Assembly (NCBI GenBank): GCA_043803105.1
Contig: JAZDKJ010000002.1
Location: 1 to 64,000, forward strand
DNA: 64,000 nucleotides
Direction of reading: 5' to 3'
Source of the DNA: Candidatus Woesearchaeota archaeon
GTDB lineage: Archaea; Nanobdellota; Nanobdellia; Woesearchaeales; JAZDKJ01
Part shown: positions 17,005 to 28,600 of the stretch, in pieces
How the letters are laid out: each line of letters opens with the position of its first letter
Numbering within the stretch: the stretch's first letter is position 1
Translations under genes and position numbers: made by a program
The notes under the pieces: model-generated
Databases searched by the model: none
Told to the model about the DNA's origin: nothing
What the model saw: the letters and a program-made list of their open reading frames with translations, nothing else

Positions 17005-19668
17005 ATGAAAAAACTCGCACTCCTCTCCGCCATACTTGTACTTTTTGCCTCATCTGTCTATGCAGAGAGTGCAGCCTATGTTGTCAGGAGCACTTCATAC
17101 CCAGACCAAAATGTGGTGGAGGCGCTTCAGTCTGACGGTTTTACAGTCACACTCATTGATGACCATGACGCTGCAACCACAAATTTTGGAGCCTATGATC
17201 TTTTAGTTGTGGGCAACGAAGTCTTCGTAAACCTTTCTGCCATTCCAGTTAAACAGCATCGCTCTCTTGTAATGAACACCTATTATGTGAATAACTGGGG
17301 TTTTGCCAGCGGCACAGGAACATTTGTTGTAGGAAATGGTTTTCTCAAGGGAAAGATTGTCACAGTCAATTCCGTTACCCAGGGTATCGCAAGCCCTGTC
17401 CAGCTTTATGATGCTTACAATATCGTCGCTTATGACCTTCCTATGCTTCCAGACCGTTCCAGGGACTTGACAATCCTTGTTGCCACTAATAACCTGAACG
17501 CCAATGCCTTCATAGGTACACTTTCCCCAGGCGACAGGTTGTACGGCGGGGGCTATGCAACACAGAGAAGCTGCTTCTTTGGCCTTACTGCAACTAATTA
17601 CTGGACTCCTGAGGCAAGGACACTTTTTATCAGGTGCGCAAGATTTGCCTTGGCAGGCCTCGACCGTGATTCTGATGGCTTTGGCCAGGAAGTCGACTGT
17701 AATGACACTAACGCAAATATTCATCCTGGGGCGGCAGAAATCCCATATAATCATATAGATGAGAACTGTGATGGCTTTGATCTTGCTGATTCTGATGCTG
17801 ACAGCTTCTGTAAATTAGGTTATGTGATACAGAATAAGGCCTTGCAGTGCCCTCTTGAGCCAGGCAGCGCAGGAACAGATTGTAATGACAATGACGCAAA
17901 TATCCATCCTAGCGCTCAGGAAATACCTTATGATTCAATAGACCAGAATTGCGACGGTAAAGACACAGCTGATGTGGATGCCGATGGCTACTGCAAGCTC
18001 GGTTATACCATAATGAACCGCACATTGCAATGCAATCTTGAGACAGGTTCAACAGGAACTGATTGTGATGACAACAGCAATAATGTTCATCCTGGCACAA
18101 CTGAGATTTTGCTTAACGGCATTGATGAGAATTGTGATGGCCTGGATTATACTATAGTAGATTCTGATAATGACAGTTATTGTTTGGCAGGATACATTAT
18201 ACAGAACAAGACCTTTGAATGCGCTCTCGAGCCATCTGCCTTAGGCACTGACTGCAATGACCTTAATGCTTCAATACATTTTGGAGTCTCTGACATCCCG
18301 TTCAATCATGTGGATGAGAATTGTGATGGCTATGACTTGGCTGATCTTGACCTTGACGGCTACTGCAAGGCAGGATATGCTATACAGGATAAAAACCTGC
18401 AGTGTCCGCACGAGACTGGCTCTCTCGGAACTGACTGTAATGACAATACTGCTAACATAAACCCTGGCAAAACAGATATTCCGTATAACGGTCTGGACGA
18501 AAACTGTGATGGTTTTGACCTTGCAGACCTTGACGCTGATGGCTACTGCAAGTTAGGTTATTTAATTCAGAACAAGACTCTGCAGTGCCCCTTAGAATCA
18601 GGCAATACAGGAACAGACTGCAATGATAACGATGCAACCACACATCCTAATGCTCAGGAAATACCCTATGACTCAATTGATCAGAATTGCGACGGAACAG
18701 ATATCGCTGACCTAGATAGTGATGGCTACTGCAAGCTTGGTTATACAATACAAAACAAGTCCATTCAATGTGCTCTTGAGCCAGGAACATTAGGAACAGA
18801 CTGCAACGACAATAATTCTAACGTGAATCCTGGAAAGAAAGAGATTTATCACAATGGCATTGATGATGATTGCAATCCTGCAACTGACGACAATGACTGG
18901 ACTCCTCCACTTGCTTCCTTGCAGTTAAAGGCAACATTCTCTGGTGGAAAGATTTTGCTGACATGGACTTCACCTCCTGGTGAAAAGGTTGAAATCTACA
19001 ATATTTATGAGGCAGAAAGTCCAGAGACCTTCAATTTCTCAATGCCTGTGGCCACAACCAGGTTCCTGAACTGGACAGACAACTCAGCATCTTCTGCGCA
19101 AAAGCGTTTCTATGTTGTTAGATCAGAGGATGCTGCAGCAAACATAGAAACCAATGATTACAAGGTTGGCAAGTTTGACATAATCCTGTCGCAGGGATAC
19201 AACCTGGTGTCAAGCCCGCTTGCCTTCTTCAACAACACCATTTCCCAGGTATTGCAAGGTCAGGCTGTGACAGAGATAATCCGCTACAGTCATGGATTTG
19301 AGACCGCCAGCTTGCATTCTGGTTCAGGGTTTACTAGCCTAGACCTGAATGAGGGTTATTTTTTCAAAGTGGATTCTGCACTGACTTTTACTTTCACAGG
19401 CTCTGTTACCAGCCCAACTCATGCTGTTTCCCTTGAGCCAGGAATAAACCTTGTGGGTTATGGCGGTTTTTCACCTTCAGGATTTTCAGTCTTTGATTCA
19501 AGTTCTGTTGTTGAGGTTTCGCAATTTGTCAACCACAAGTATGAGACCTCTACATATTATCCTCAACATGGATGGTTCAGTGCTGAAGGTTTCAGCGACC
19601 TTAAGCCTGGAAGGGGTTATTTTGTAAAGGCAGCTACGCAGTCTGTCTGGAGTTATACTTCACAATGA
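17005..19668 (+). CDS. Secreted protein with 7 putative metal-binding (MopE-type) repeats and an FN3-like C-terminal region
   Basis: Signal peptide MKKLALL...VYA and seven DCNDxxxxIHPxxxEIxxxxIDxNCDG repeats. These are followed by ILLTWT...YNIY...FYVVRSED (FN3-like) and GYNLVS/GINLVG...GYF repeats. Confidence 0.85.
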   Translation: MKKLALLSAILVLFASSVYAESAAYVVRSTSYPDQNVVEALQSDGFTVTLIDDHDAATTNFGAYDLLVVGNEVFVNLSAIPVKQHRSLVMNTYYVNNWGFASGTGTFVVGNGFLKGKIVTVNSVTQGIASPVQLYDAYNIVAYDLPMLPDRSRDLTILVATNNLNANAFIGTLSPGDRLYGGGYATQRSCFFGLTATNYWTPEARTLFIRCARFALAGLDRDSDGFGQEVDCNDTNANIHPGAAEIPYNHIDENCDGFDLADSDADSFCKLGYVIQNKALQCPLEPGSAGTDCNDNDANIHPSAQEIPYDSIDQNCDGKDTADVDADGYCKLGYTIMNRTLQCNLETGSTGTDCDDNSNNVHPGTTEILLNGIDENCDGLDYTIVDSDNDSYCLAGYIIQNKTFECALEPSALGTDCNDLNASIHFGVSDIPFNHVDENCDGYDLADLDLDGYCKAGYAIQDKNLQCPHETGSLGTDCNDNTANINPGKTDIPYNGLDENCDGFDLADLDADGYCKLGYLIQNKTLQCPLESGNTGTDCNDNDATTHPNAQEIPYDSIDQNCDGTDIADLDSDGYCKLGYTIQNKSIQCALEPGTLGTDCNDNNSNVNPGKKEIYHNGIDDDCNPATDDNDWTPPLASLQLKATFSGGKILLTWTSPPGEKVEIYNIYEAESPETFNFSMPVATTRFLNWTDNSASSAQKRFYVVRSEDAAANIETNDYKVGKFDIILSQGYNLVSSPLAFFNNTISQVLQGQAVTEIIRYSHGFETASLHSGSGFTSLDLNEGYFFKVDSALTFTFTGSVTSPTHAVSLEPGINLVGYGGFSPSGFSVFDSSSVVEVSQFVNHKYETSTYYPQHGWFSAEGFSDLKPGRGYFVKAATQSVWSYTSQ

Positions 19669-22600
19669 AAACAGCAACCTCATTCATCTGTTTCATGTTT
19701 GCTCTAATCATTATTTCGCAGGCTGCTGCAAGTACTCAGTTGACTGCAACCTTTTATCCATCAAAAGATACTTATGTGGACGCAAATCGCCCGGATACAA
19801 ATTTTGGCTCAGCAGCAGACCTGTATGTTGAGCCCAGAAGCCTCTATGAGCGCTGGATTTACATGCAATTTGAGTTTCCCTTGGTTCCATCATCAAGCAT
19901 AAGCGAATCCAAACTACACCTTTACGGCCAGTCATTTACCTCTGTCCATGCGCGTAATATTGGAGCATATCTTGTCGCAGATGACTCATGGAATGAGTCT
20001 TCGGTCAATTGGCTGGACAAACCTGTCTGGTCAGACCTACTGACAACCTCAACTGTTTCCGTGCAGAATCTTTGGTATTCTTGGGACCTCACAAGCGCAG
20101 TCAATGCTCATTTGAGCCTCTCGGACAGCTCCTTGTCTTTTGCTCTCAAGGATATAAACACCTCTTCTGTGAGCGAGAGAAAAAGGTTTTGGTCCTCTGA
20201 TTATGCAGGCAGTTCTCTGCCTTATATGAATGTGACTTACATCCTGCCAGGCGATTATCAGTCAACGCACCTTGTCATAAGCGAGGTCCTGTTCAATCCT
20301 TCTGCCTTAGCTCTGGACACAGAATTCATTGAGCTCTATAATCCAACTTTGGTTGCTGTCAACCTCTCCAACTTCAGTCTTTCTGTTCCTTTGCAGGAAA
20401 AGATGGTAGTCTTGCCTTCAAGCGCAATCATCCCTCCGCATGGTTTCTATCTGATTGCAGATTTGCATTACTCAAATGATTGGCCAACTTCCTGGCCTCA
20501 TCCTGACTATCACTCTCAAGAACTAAACCTTCCGAATGCCGATGGAGGCCTCCAGCTCAGGAACGCAGCGAACTCAGTTATTGACACAGTGGGTTGGGGA
20601 CAACCTCCATTCGGGTTTGCAGAAGGCCAGCCATGCTACAATGGTTATGCAGCCTACAGTATTGAGAGACGGTCTGCCTCCTCAAGTGAAGGCAACGGCT
20701 TTGACTCAGGTTATAACGTTCTTGACTTTGTCCAGAGGCTGAGCCCTGAGCCACAGAACAGGCTTTCTCCTCAAGAGCCAGCGCTTGCAGATACAACTCC
20801 TCCAGCTCCAGTCACAGGCCTGCACGATACAAGCATTGGTACTAATTACATATTTTGGCAGTGGACTAATCCTTCAGATTCTGATTTTAGGACCGCACAA
20901 GTATTCCTTGACAGCACCTTCCGACTCAATACAACACTGCAGCAATATAATGCAACAGGCCTGCTTGCAAATACAACTCATACGATTAGAGTAAAGACAG
21001 TCGATACCTCGGGCAACATAAACAATGCCTTGGTTGAAGACCCTGCCACCACCTTGCCTGTTATCACTCCTCCAGATACAACCCCTCCAGCTCCGGTCAC
21101 AGGCCTGCATGATATTGATAGGGGCTACAACTATATTGTATGGCAGTGGACCAACCCTTCAGATCCTGATTATTCCCACGCAGAGCTTTATATTGACGGG
21201 AGTTTCGTGAAGAACACCTCAGCAAATCTTTACAACGCAACTTCGCTTATTTCAGGACATACTTACGATTTGCTTGTGAAGACGGCAGACACCCACGGCA
21301 ACGTTAATCAGCTTTCAGTCCATGACACAGCAGCAACCTTGGTTCCTGGTGCTGATCATAATCCTCCAGCCTCAATCACAAACCTTCATTCAGTAAAAAA
21401 GGGAACAAATTATATTACTTGGACCTGGACAAACCCATCTGACCATGATTTTGACCATGTAAAAATCTTCTTGAACAATGTCTTTGTTGCAGACTCTCCT
21501 AATGCCTTGTACAACGCAACCTCTCTTGCTCCTGGCACGTCTTACACTCTTGGAATTAGCACAGTTGATAATACCTCAAATGTGAATCCTGAGAAGGTCA
21601 CAGATACTGTGGCGACCGATGAAATCTTTATTCCCAAAGCTGACATCGAGGTGTTCCGGGAGCAAAGCACAGGCGTAGGTTCAGGCAAGCTGATGACTGT
21701 TCGCTTTCTGGTGTGGAACAATGATTCCTTGTCTCTAGGTCCTTTTTCTGTAATAGAGAATCTTCCTCAAGGTTGGACTATAGTAGACAAGCCTTCAGGT
21801 TCTGTCTTGTCAGACAACAGGTTAACCATTCCATTCCCTGGCATTGCTCCTGATGAATTATCCATTGTAGAATACAGAATCAGCTCTCCTGCAGGCAACT
21901 GGTCTGCTACCTTTTCAGGTTTGCTTAACTATAGCATTAATGGAACCTCTGCCACACAAGCCATTCCTTCCGAAACTGTCGAGGTGAATGATCACAAGGC
22001 TTTCTTTGAGACAGCACTTGACTCTTATTTAGGTGATGGTGTAGTCACAAGGACAATAGCCCTCAACCATTCTTATACTGCACAGTTTGTTATCAAGAAC
22101 ATTGGCAGCTCTGCTGTTACAGACTATGAGACTTTCCTGTACTGGCCATTTGATGATTCCAAATGGAATATAGAAAGTATTAGCCCAGACTGCTATGGCA
22201 GCATTGTGGACTACAACGGTAGAAAAGCCGTAAAGTGCGTCTGGAAGCCGTTTAGCGAGGAGGAGACAAAGTCGTTTACTGTGCAACTGAAAGCTCTTGT
22301 AAGAAACGAGCAGCTTACCAGGCTAAACGCAACATACGATCCACCAGTAGAAGCTGTTCAAAATGCATGGGAGAAACTGAAAATTGCCATGGTAAACATT
22401 TTTGGTTCTATTAGGTATTTTATTTCCACCTTGATGCACACCCCAGAGACGACTGGCGCAGTTGTTCTGGACACTAACATTCCACAAGAGAATGTTACCT
22501 TGCCTATTAATGAACCACTACCAGCCATTGACACAAATGAGCCACAGAACCAGCCTGAACCTGTTATTTCAAGCAATGATAATGCTGCCAATAATAATGG

Positions 22601-25600
22601 CACAGCAAATAATACAAATACTACTCATCGGATAGTAACCTTAGGCGGAGGCACCACCCGCTCTTCAAGCTCTGGAGGAGGGGGCTCTTCCAATAATGGC
22701 GGAGGCGCGGCTCAGGCTCAGAAGGTGTGGATAACCACAACCCAAGACCTCTTCCTAAGGTCCAGAGACATCCAGGCACCTGCAGATTCCACTATCTTGC
22801 TCTTGTCAGCAATAACCTCAGCGCCAACAGCATCGTCTGCACAGTTATCTTGGAATACAAACTTGGTCAGCGACTCAAAAGTCTTTTACGGCTATAATCC
22901 GTCTTTGGGCAGAGTGCATTCTGCTTCTGGCCTGACCCAACAGCATGAGCTGAATATCGAAGGTTTGCTGCCCCTTGCTACTTATTACTATAAGGTGCAA
23001 TCTTGCGCAGCAGGCTCTTGCCTAAATTCTTCCCTGCATTCATTTTCAACCCTGGAAAGCCCTGTCTACAATGTTACAGAGAACCTTGAGCCTAACTATG
23101 TCAGGGGTAGGATTTTGCTTGACGACTCTCCTGCAGGTAATGATACTCAATATATCATAACAGTCATCTCAGGCCCTTACAAAGGCTTGCAGGTCTCAGG
23201 TATTGCCGACACCGGTATTCCTTCGTTCCTTAAAGGCATGGGTTATTTTGACACAAGATACCACAGAGAATTCCTTACTGGAGATAATTTCACTCTTGGT
23301 GTATCCAAATGCTTTGGCCAGGCCCTTGGTACTTTCACTTCTGGAGGGAACGGAGACTTTGCGTCCAATGATAGTCTCGTAGTGCTTGATTGCACTGTTG
23401 ATGACTCAGGTCCAATCATATCCGATGTTGTCCGCTCTCCGCAGCACCCAACAGAGGATGATACACTAGTCATATCAGCTGATATCAGCGATCCTTCAGG
23501 TGTAGCTTCAAGCGAGGTTCACTTCAGGCTAAATCAGGGCATGTGGCTTAACGCACCCTTTAACGGAAGCTTATCAGACCTTGGAAAGTTCAATGCAACA
23601 CAGCTTCTGGAGTATTATGTTACAGCCTCAGATACCCTGAACAACAATGCTCAATCACCTTTAAGCTCAGTCTTGATAAAATATGCTGACAGGGATAATG
23701 ATAGCTACGACAGGATTGTTGATTGTAACGACGCAAATCCAAATATCAATCCTGGAACACAAGAAATTCCTTACAACGGATTAGATGATGACTGCAACGC
23801 CTCCTCACCTGATGATGACTTGGACTCAGACAGTTATCTCCTTCTCGCTGACTGCAATGACACCAATCCGAGCATCCATCCGAATGCAACAGATATCCCA
23901 TATGACAGCATTGACCAGAATTGTGACGGTCATGATCTAATTGATGTTGATGCTGATGGTTACAACTATACTGTCGACTGCAATGACACCAATCCTGACA
24001 TTAATCCAGGTAAGCTGGAGATTCTGTACAATAGCATTGATGATGATTGCAATGCAGCCACACTGGACGATGACCTTGATTCTGATGGATTCAATATATC
24101 GCTTGACTGCAATGACAATAATGCGTTGGTTAATCCGAATATGACAGAAATCCCTTATAATGGGTTGGATGACGACTGCAATATCCTAACCAGAGATGAT
24201 GATTTGGACGCAGATGGTTATCTCCATTTCATAGACTGCAATGACACCGACCCAGGCATCCATCCAAATGCAACAGAACTCATCGATAATATCGATCAGA
24301 ACTGCAGGGATGATCCTCCGGTGATAAGCGTGCCAGTCCAGACCCTTAATGAGGATTCAGAAAAGCTTGTTAACCTCAGTGACTTTTCGTATGATTATGA
24401 CGGCCATTCACTAGCCTACACTGTATTATCAGGTGCAAACATAGCCTGCAGTATGGACAATGACCTGCTTAATATTACACCAACCCAGAACTATTTTGGT
24501 CCTGCCAACTGCACTTTGACAGTAAGCGACAGCTTCTTTAACATTAGCCAGATACTGGCGATCCACATAGTCAAGATAAACCATGCTCCAGTTTTAACTC
24601 AAGAAATTCCACCGCAGCAAATCAATGAGGACACACAGTTGGTGCTGCACCTCAACAATTATTTCCATGACATTGATGAAGCAAATCTTTCCTACCAAGG
24701 TATTGTGACTGCCCACCTTGGTTTGCAGATTGTCGGCAACACCGCGATCATAGTGCCAGAGACAAATTGGTTTGGTTCTGGTACCTTGCAGTTCAACTCA
24801 ACTGATAGTGAAGGACTTAGGGTTTCAAGTAATATAACAAATATCACTGTGTTGCCTGTAAATGACGCCCCGGTCATTTCTATTCCTCCACAGCACGTGA
24901 GTACAAACTCCACTATCGACCTCAACGACTACTCCATGGACATCGACAATGATTCTTTGACCTTTGAGGTCTTACAAGAGTACGCGCAAAATGTTGGCTG
25001 TGAGCTTGCTTCAAACCTCTTGAGTATTAAGCCCGCTCCCGGATTCTTCGGCAGCTCAAATTGCACCGTCATGGTAAGCGACAGCTTCCTTAATTACAGC
25101 TCGATATTCACCATTTATGTGCCATATGTCAATCAGCCTCCAGTCCTTACACCCATTCCTGACCAATCATGGTCCGAGGACAGCACACATTTCCTTAACC
25201 TAAGTGTTTACTTCCATGATGTTGAGCAGTTAAATTTCGCAGTGCTGGTCCCACCAACAAATGTTCAGGTGTTTATCAACAATACAATTGTAAGGTTTGT
25301 CCCTCAGCACAATTTCTTCGGTCCAGATTCAGTAGTCTTTAGGGCATCTGACGACTCCAACTTTACAGACAGTAATCCAGTTAGCCTGCAGATAACGCCT
25401 GTGAATGATGCTCCAGTAATCATGATACCGAACCAGAGCATGGAAGAGGATTCCCTGTTATCACTTGACCTATTGCAGTATTCAGCAGATGTAGAGAATG
25501 ACAGCCTGACTTTCTCTATTGTAGCTGGAGATGAAATTTGTTCTGTAAATGGGACAAAACTGATTATAGCTCCACCGCATAACTTTAACGGAATCTTGCA

Positions 25601-28600
25601 CTGCTCTGTAATCGCTCTTGACCTCTTTGACAGTTCGCTTTTCTCACAATTTGCGATAAATGTTACACCAGTCAATGATGCGCCAGAGTTAAGATTACTT
25701 ATCCCACCTGCTACGTGGCCGGAGGATACTGTCTATCACCTTGACTTAAAGGACTATTTCGTTGATCCTGAAAATGATACACTGTATTACAGTTCAATCT
25801 CAAACGAGAACATCTCTGTAACTTTTGAAGGCAGCATTGCCAGCCTTGCTCCCAAAGCAGATTGGTTTGGCACCGCCTTCATAAGGTTTACTGCAAACGA
25901 CAGCCTGCTTTCAACTCAGAGCAACCTTGTGCTGCTTACTGTTACTCCTGTAAACGATGCCCCGGAGATTCATGTGCCTGACCAGATTGTCCCAGAAGAC
26001 AATGTACTGCATCTCAACCTTTCCGATTATGCCTCTGATGTTGATGAGGATATGCTATCATTTGATACAATCTCAGAGCTGCCAGGAGTCTCATGTGTGG
26101 TTTCAGGAGAAATGCTGACTATAACTCCTCATCATAATTTTAACGGAATTACTGGCTGTTCAATTGCCGCTTTTGACGGGTCGCTTTCAGTTAACAGCTC
26201 ATTCACAATCAATGTAACCCCAACAAATGATGCGCCAATCCTTGTTATGGATATCCCAAGTCAGTCTGTGGATGAGGATGCCATGTTAACCTTGAACCTC
26301 ACCCCATATTTCAGAGACTCTGATAATGACACGCTGGCTTATAATGCCTCATCCAACAGCAACTTTACATTTGTCCTTGGCAACGGCCTCGTCACGATTA
26401 TGCCAAACAAGGACTGGTTTGGTACTGCATTTGTCCGCTTCAGTGTAAGTGACGGCGAATTCAGTGTGATAAGCAACATGGTGCTGCTCACAGTTAATCC
26501 AGTGAATGACAGGCCTGTCCTTCACATTCCAGCTCAAGCAATGGAAGAGGACTCTGTGCTTTCCATCGACCTGTTACCCTTTGCAACTGACGCGGACAAT
26601 GACATGCTCTTGTTTTCAGTAATCAATAATTCAGGTGTGGATTGTTCAGTATCATCAGACCATTTGCAGATTACTCCGCCATTGAATTATAACGGCCTTG
26701 CATCTTGCACCATTGTTGCCTTCGATGGATTCCTATATTCAGCCGAAGACATTGTCTATGTCACAGTTACGCCAGTAAATGATGCCCCTGTGCTAATACA
26801 GCCAATCCCACTTCAGTCCTGGCCAGAAGACAGCGCGCATAAAATCAACTTGTCCATCTACTTTGCTGATTCCGAAAATGACTTGATGACCTTCGCTGCC
26901 ATTTCGAACAGCAATGTAACTATAACCTTCCAAGGTGGCGTCGCGACACTGTCGCCACAACCGAATTGGTACGGGACAACATCCACAAAGTTTACTGCTA
27001 CAGACATCCATCTGTCAACAGAGAGCAACACAGTCATCCTTGAAGTCACGCCAGTGAACGATGCCCCAACCATTGACATCCCAGACCAGGTTATGAACGA
27101 GGACACTGCGCTTTACCTCAACCTCTCTGATTACTCATATGACATTGACCATGATGATTTGAGTTACTCTGTTGTGCAGAACGGCTCAAGTCTTGTCTGC
27201 TCTATTGACAACGACATCCTGCTCGTCACTCCAGCCCACGACTTTGTCGGAACTTCAGGCTGTGTTGTTCAGGTGTTTGATGGCTTTATGTATGCCAATA
27301 CCAGCTTTGATATTGTTGTAAATCCGATGAATGATGCTCCTTCGCTTGTTATGGATATTCCATTGCAGAGCTGGTCAGAGGATTCGATTCATACAATTAA
27401 TTTGTCCTTGTACTTCAAAGACATTGATGGAGATGCCCTATCCTTCATAGCAAGCGCTAATGAAAATATTACCTCATCCGTTACCAGCTCTATTGTATCA
27501 TTGCTACCGAAGTCTGATTGGTATGGTACAACATCTATTGTTTTCGCAGCCAGCGACGGTGCTCTGAGCACTCCTAGCAACAGGGTTATCCTTTCAGTTC
27601 AGCCTGTAAATGACGCTCCGCACATAACTTCGACGCCAATCTCTTTTGCCACCGAATCTTCAGTCTATCACTATCAGGTTGAGGCTTCAGATGTGGACTA
27701 TGATACATTAACATTTTCCTTGCCAGTACATCCTGCAGGTATGACAATCGAGTCTTTGACAGGCCTTATTAGCTGGATTCCTGACGACACGCAAGAAGGC
27801 AATAACAACGTCACAGTGCAAGTTAGTGATGGCTTCCTTTCTGACAGCCAGAGATTTACAATCTTTGTCAACGCAACGAACGATGCACCACTATCAACTC
27901 CGATTCCAACGCAGTTGTTCGATGAGGACACAACCCATGTCCTTGATTTGAGCCACTATTTCACAGACCCTCACGGAGAATCGCTTACGTATGCAGTAAC
28001 AAGCTCAACTCACGTGGACTCCAGTGTCCAGGGTGCGACTGTCTCTTTTGTGCCTGAGCAAGACTGGTCTGGTACAGAGTTTGTTTTGGCCAGAGCAACT
28101 GATCCTGAAGGCCTGTTTGTGCAAGAGAATATTTCACTGGTTGTAATGCCTATCAACGATGCTCCGATAATCACCTCTCAACCAAACACTCATGCTTCGC
28201 AGGATTCGGTATACCAGTATCAGGTTGTTTCGTTTGATGTTGAGCACGACGAAGTTCATTACGCACTCCTTGTTAAGCCTTCAGGCATGTCCATCGACGC
28301 TAATACAGGCCTCATTAGCTGGACTCCTCAACAATCCGATGTCGGCTTCGTGAATGTAACTGTAGAGGTAGATGATGGCTCATTGAGCGGGCTTCAGGCA
28401 TTTGTTATTACTGTTACCAACGTAAATGACGCACCTGTATTCAAATCAGACATTCCTGCCAAGACATGGCCTGAAGATAGTTCCATTACCTTGAACCTGG
28501 CGAACTATTTTGAAGATCCTGATGGCGATACGCTGTCATACTCGTTCGTTTCCCAACACATGAATGCAACCTTTGCCGGAGGAATTGCCACTTTGACTCC

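Noticed and set aside
22580-22710. AAT/GGA-rich low-complexity stretch as a contingency repeat
   Set aside because: The triplets are imperfect and in frame, encoding an Asn/Gly/Ser linker. It is not a frameshifting tract.
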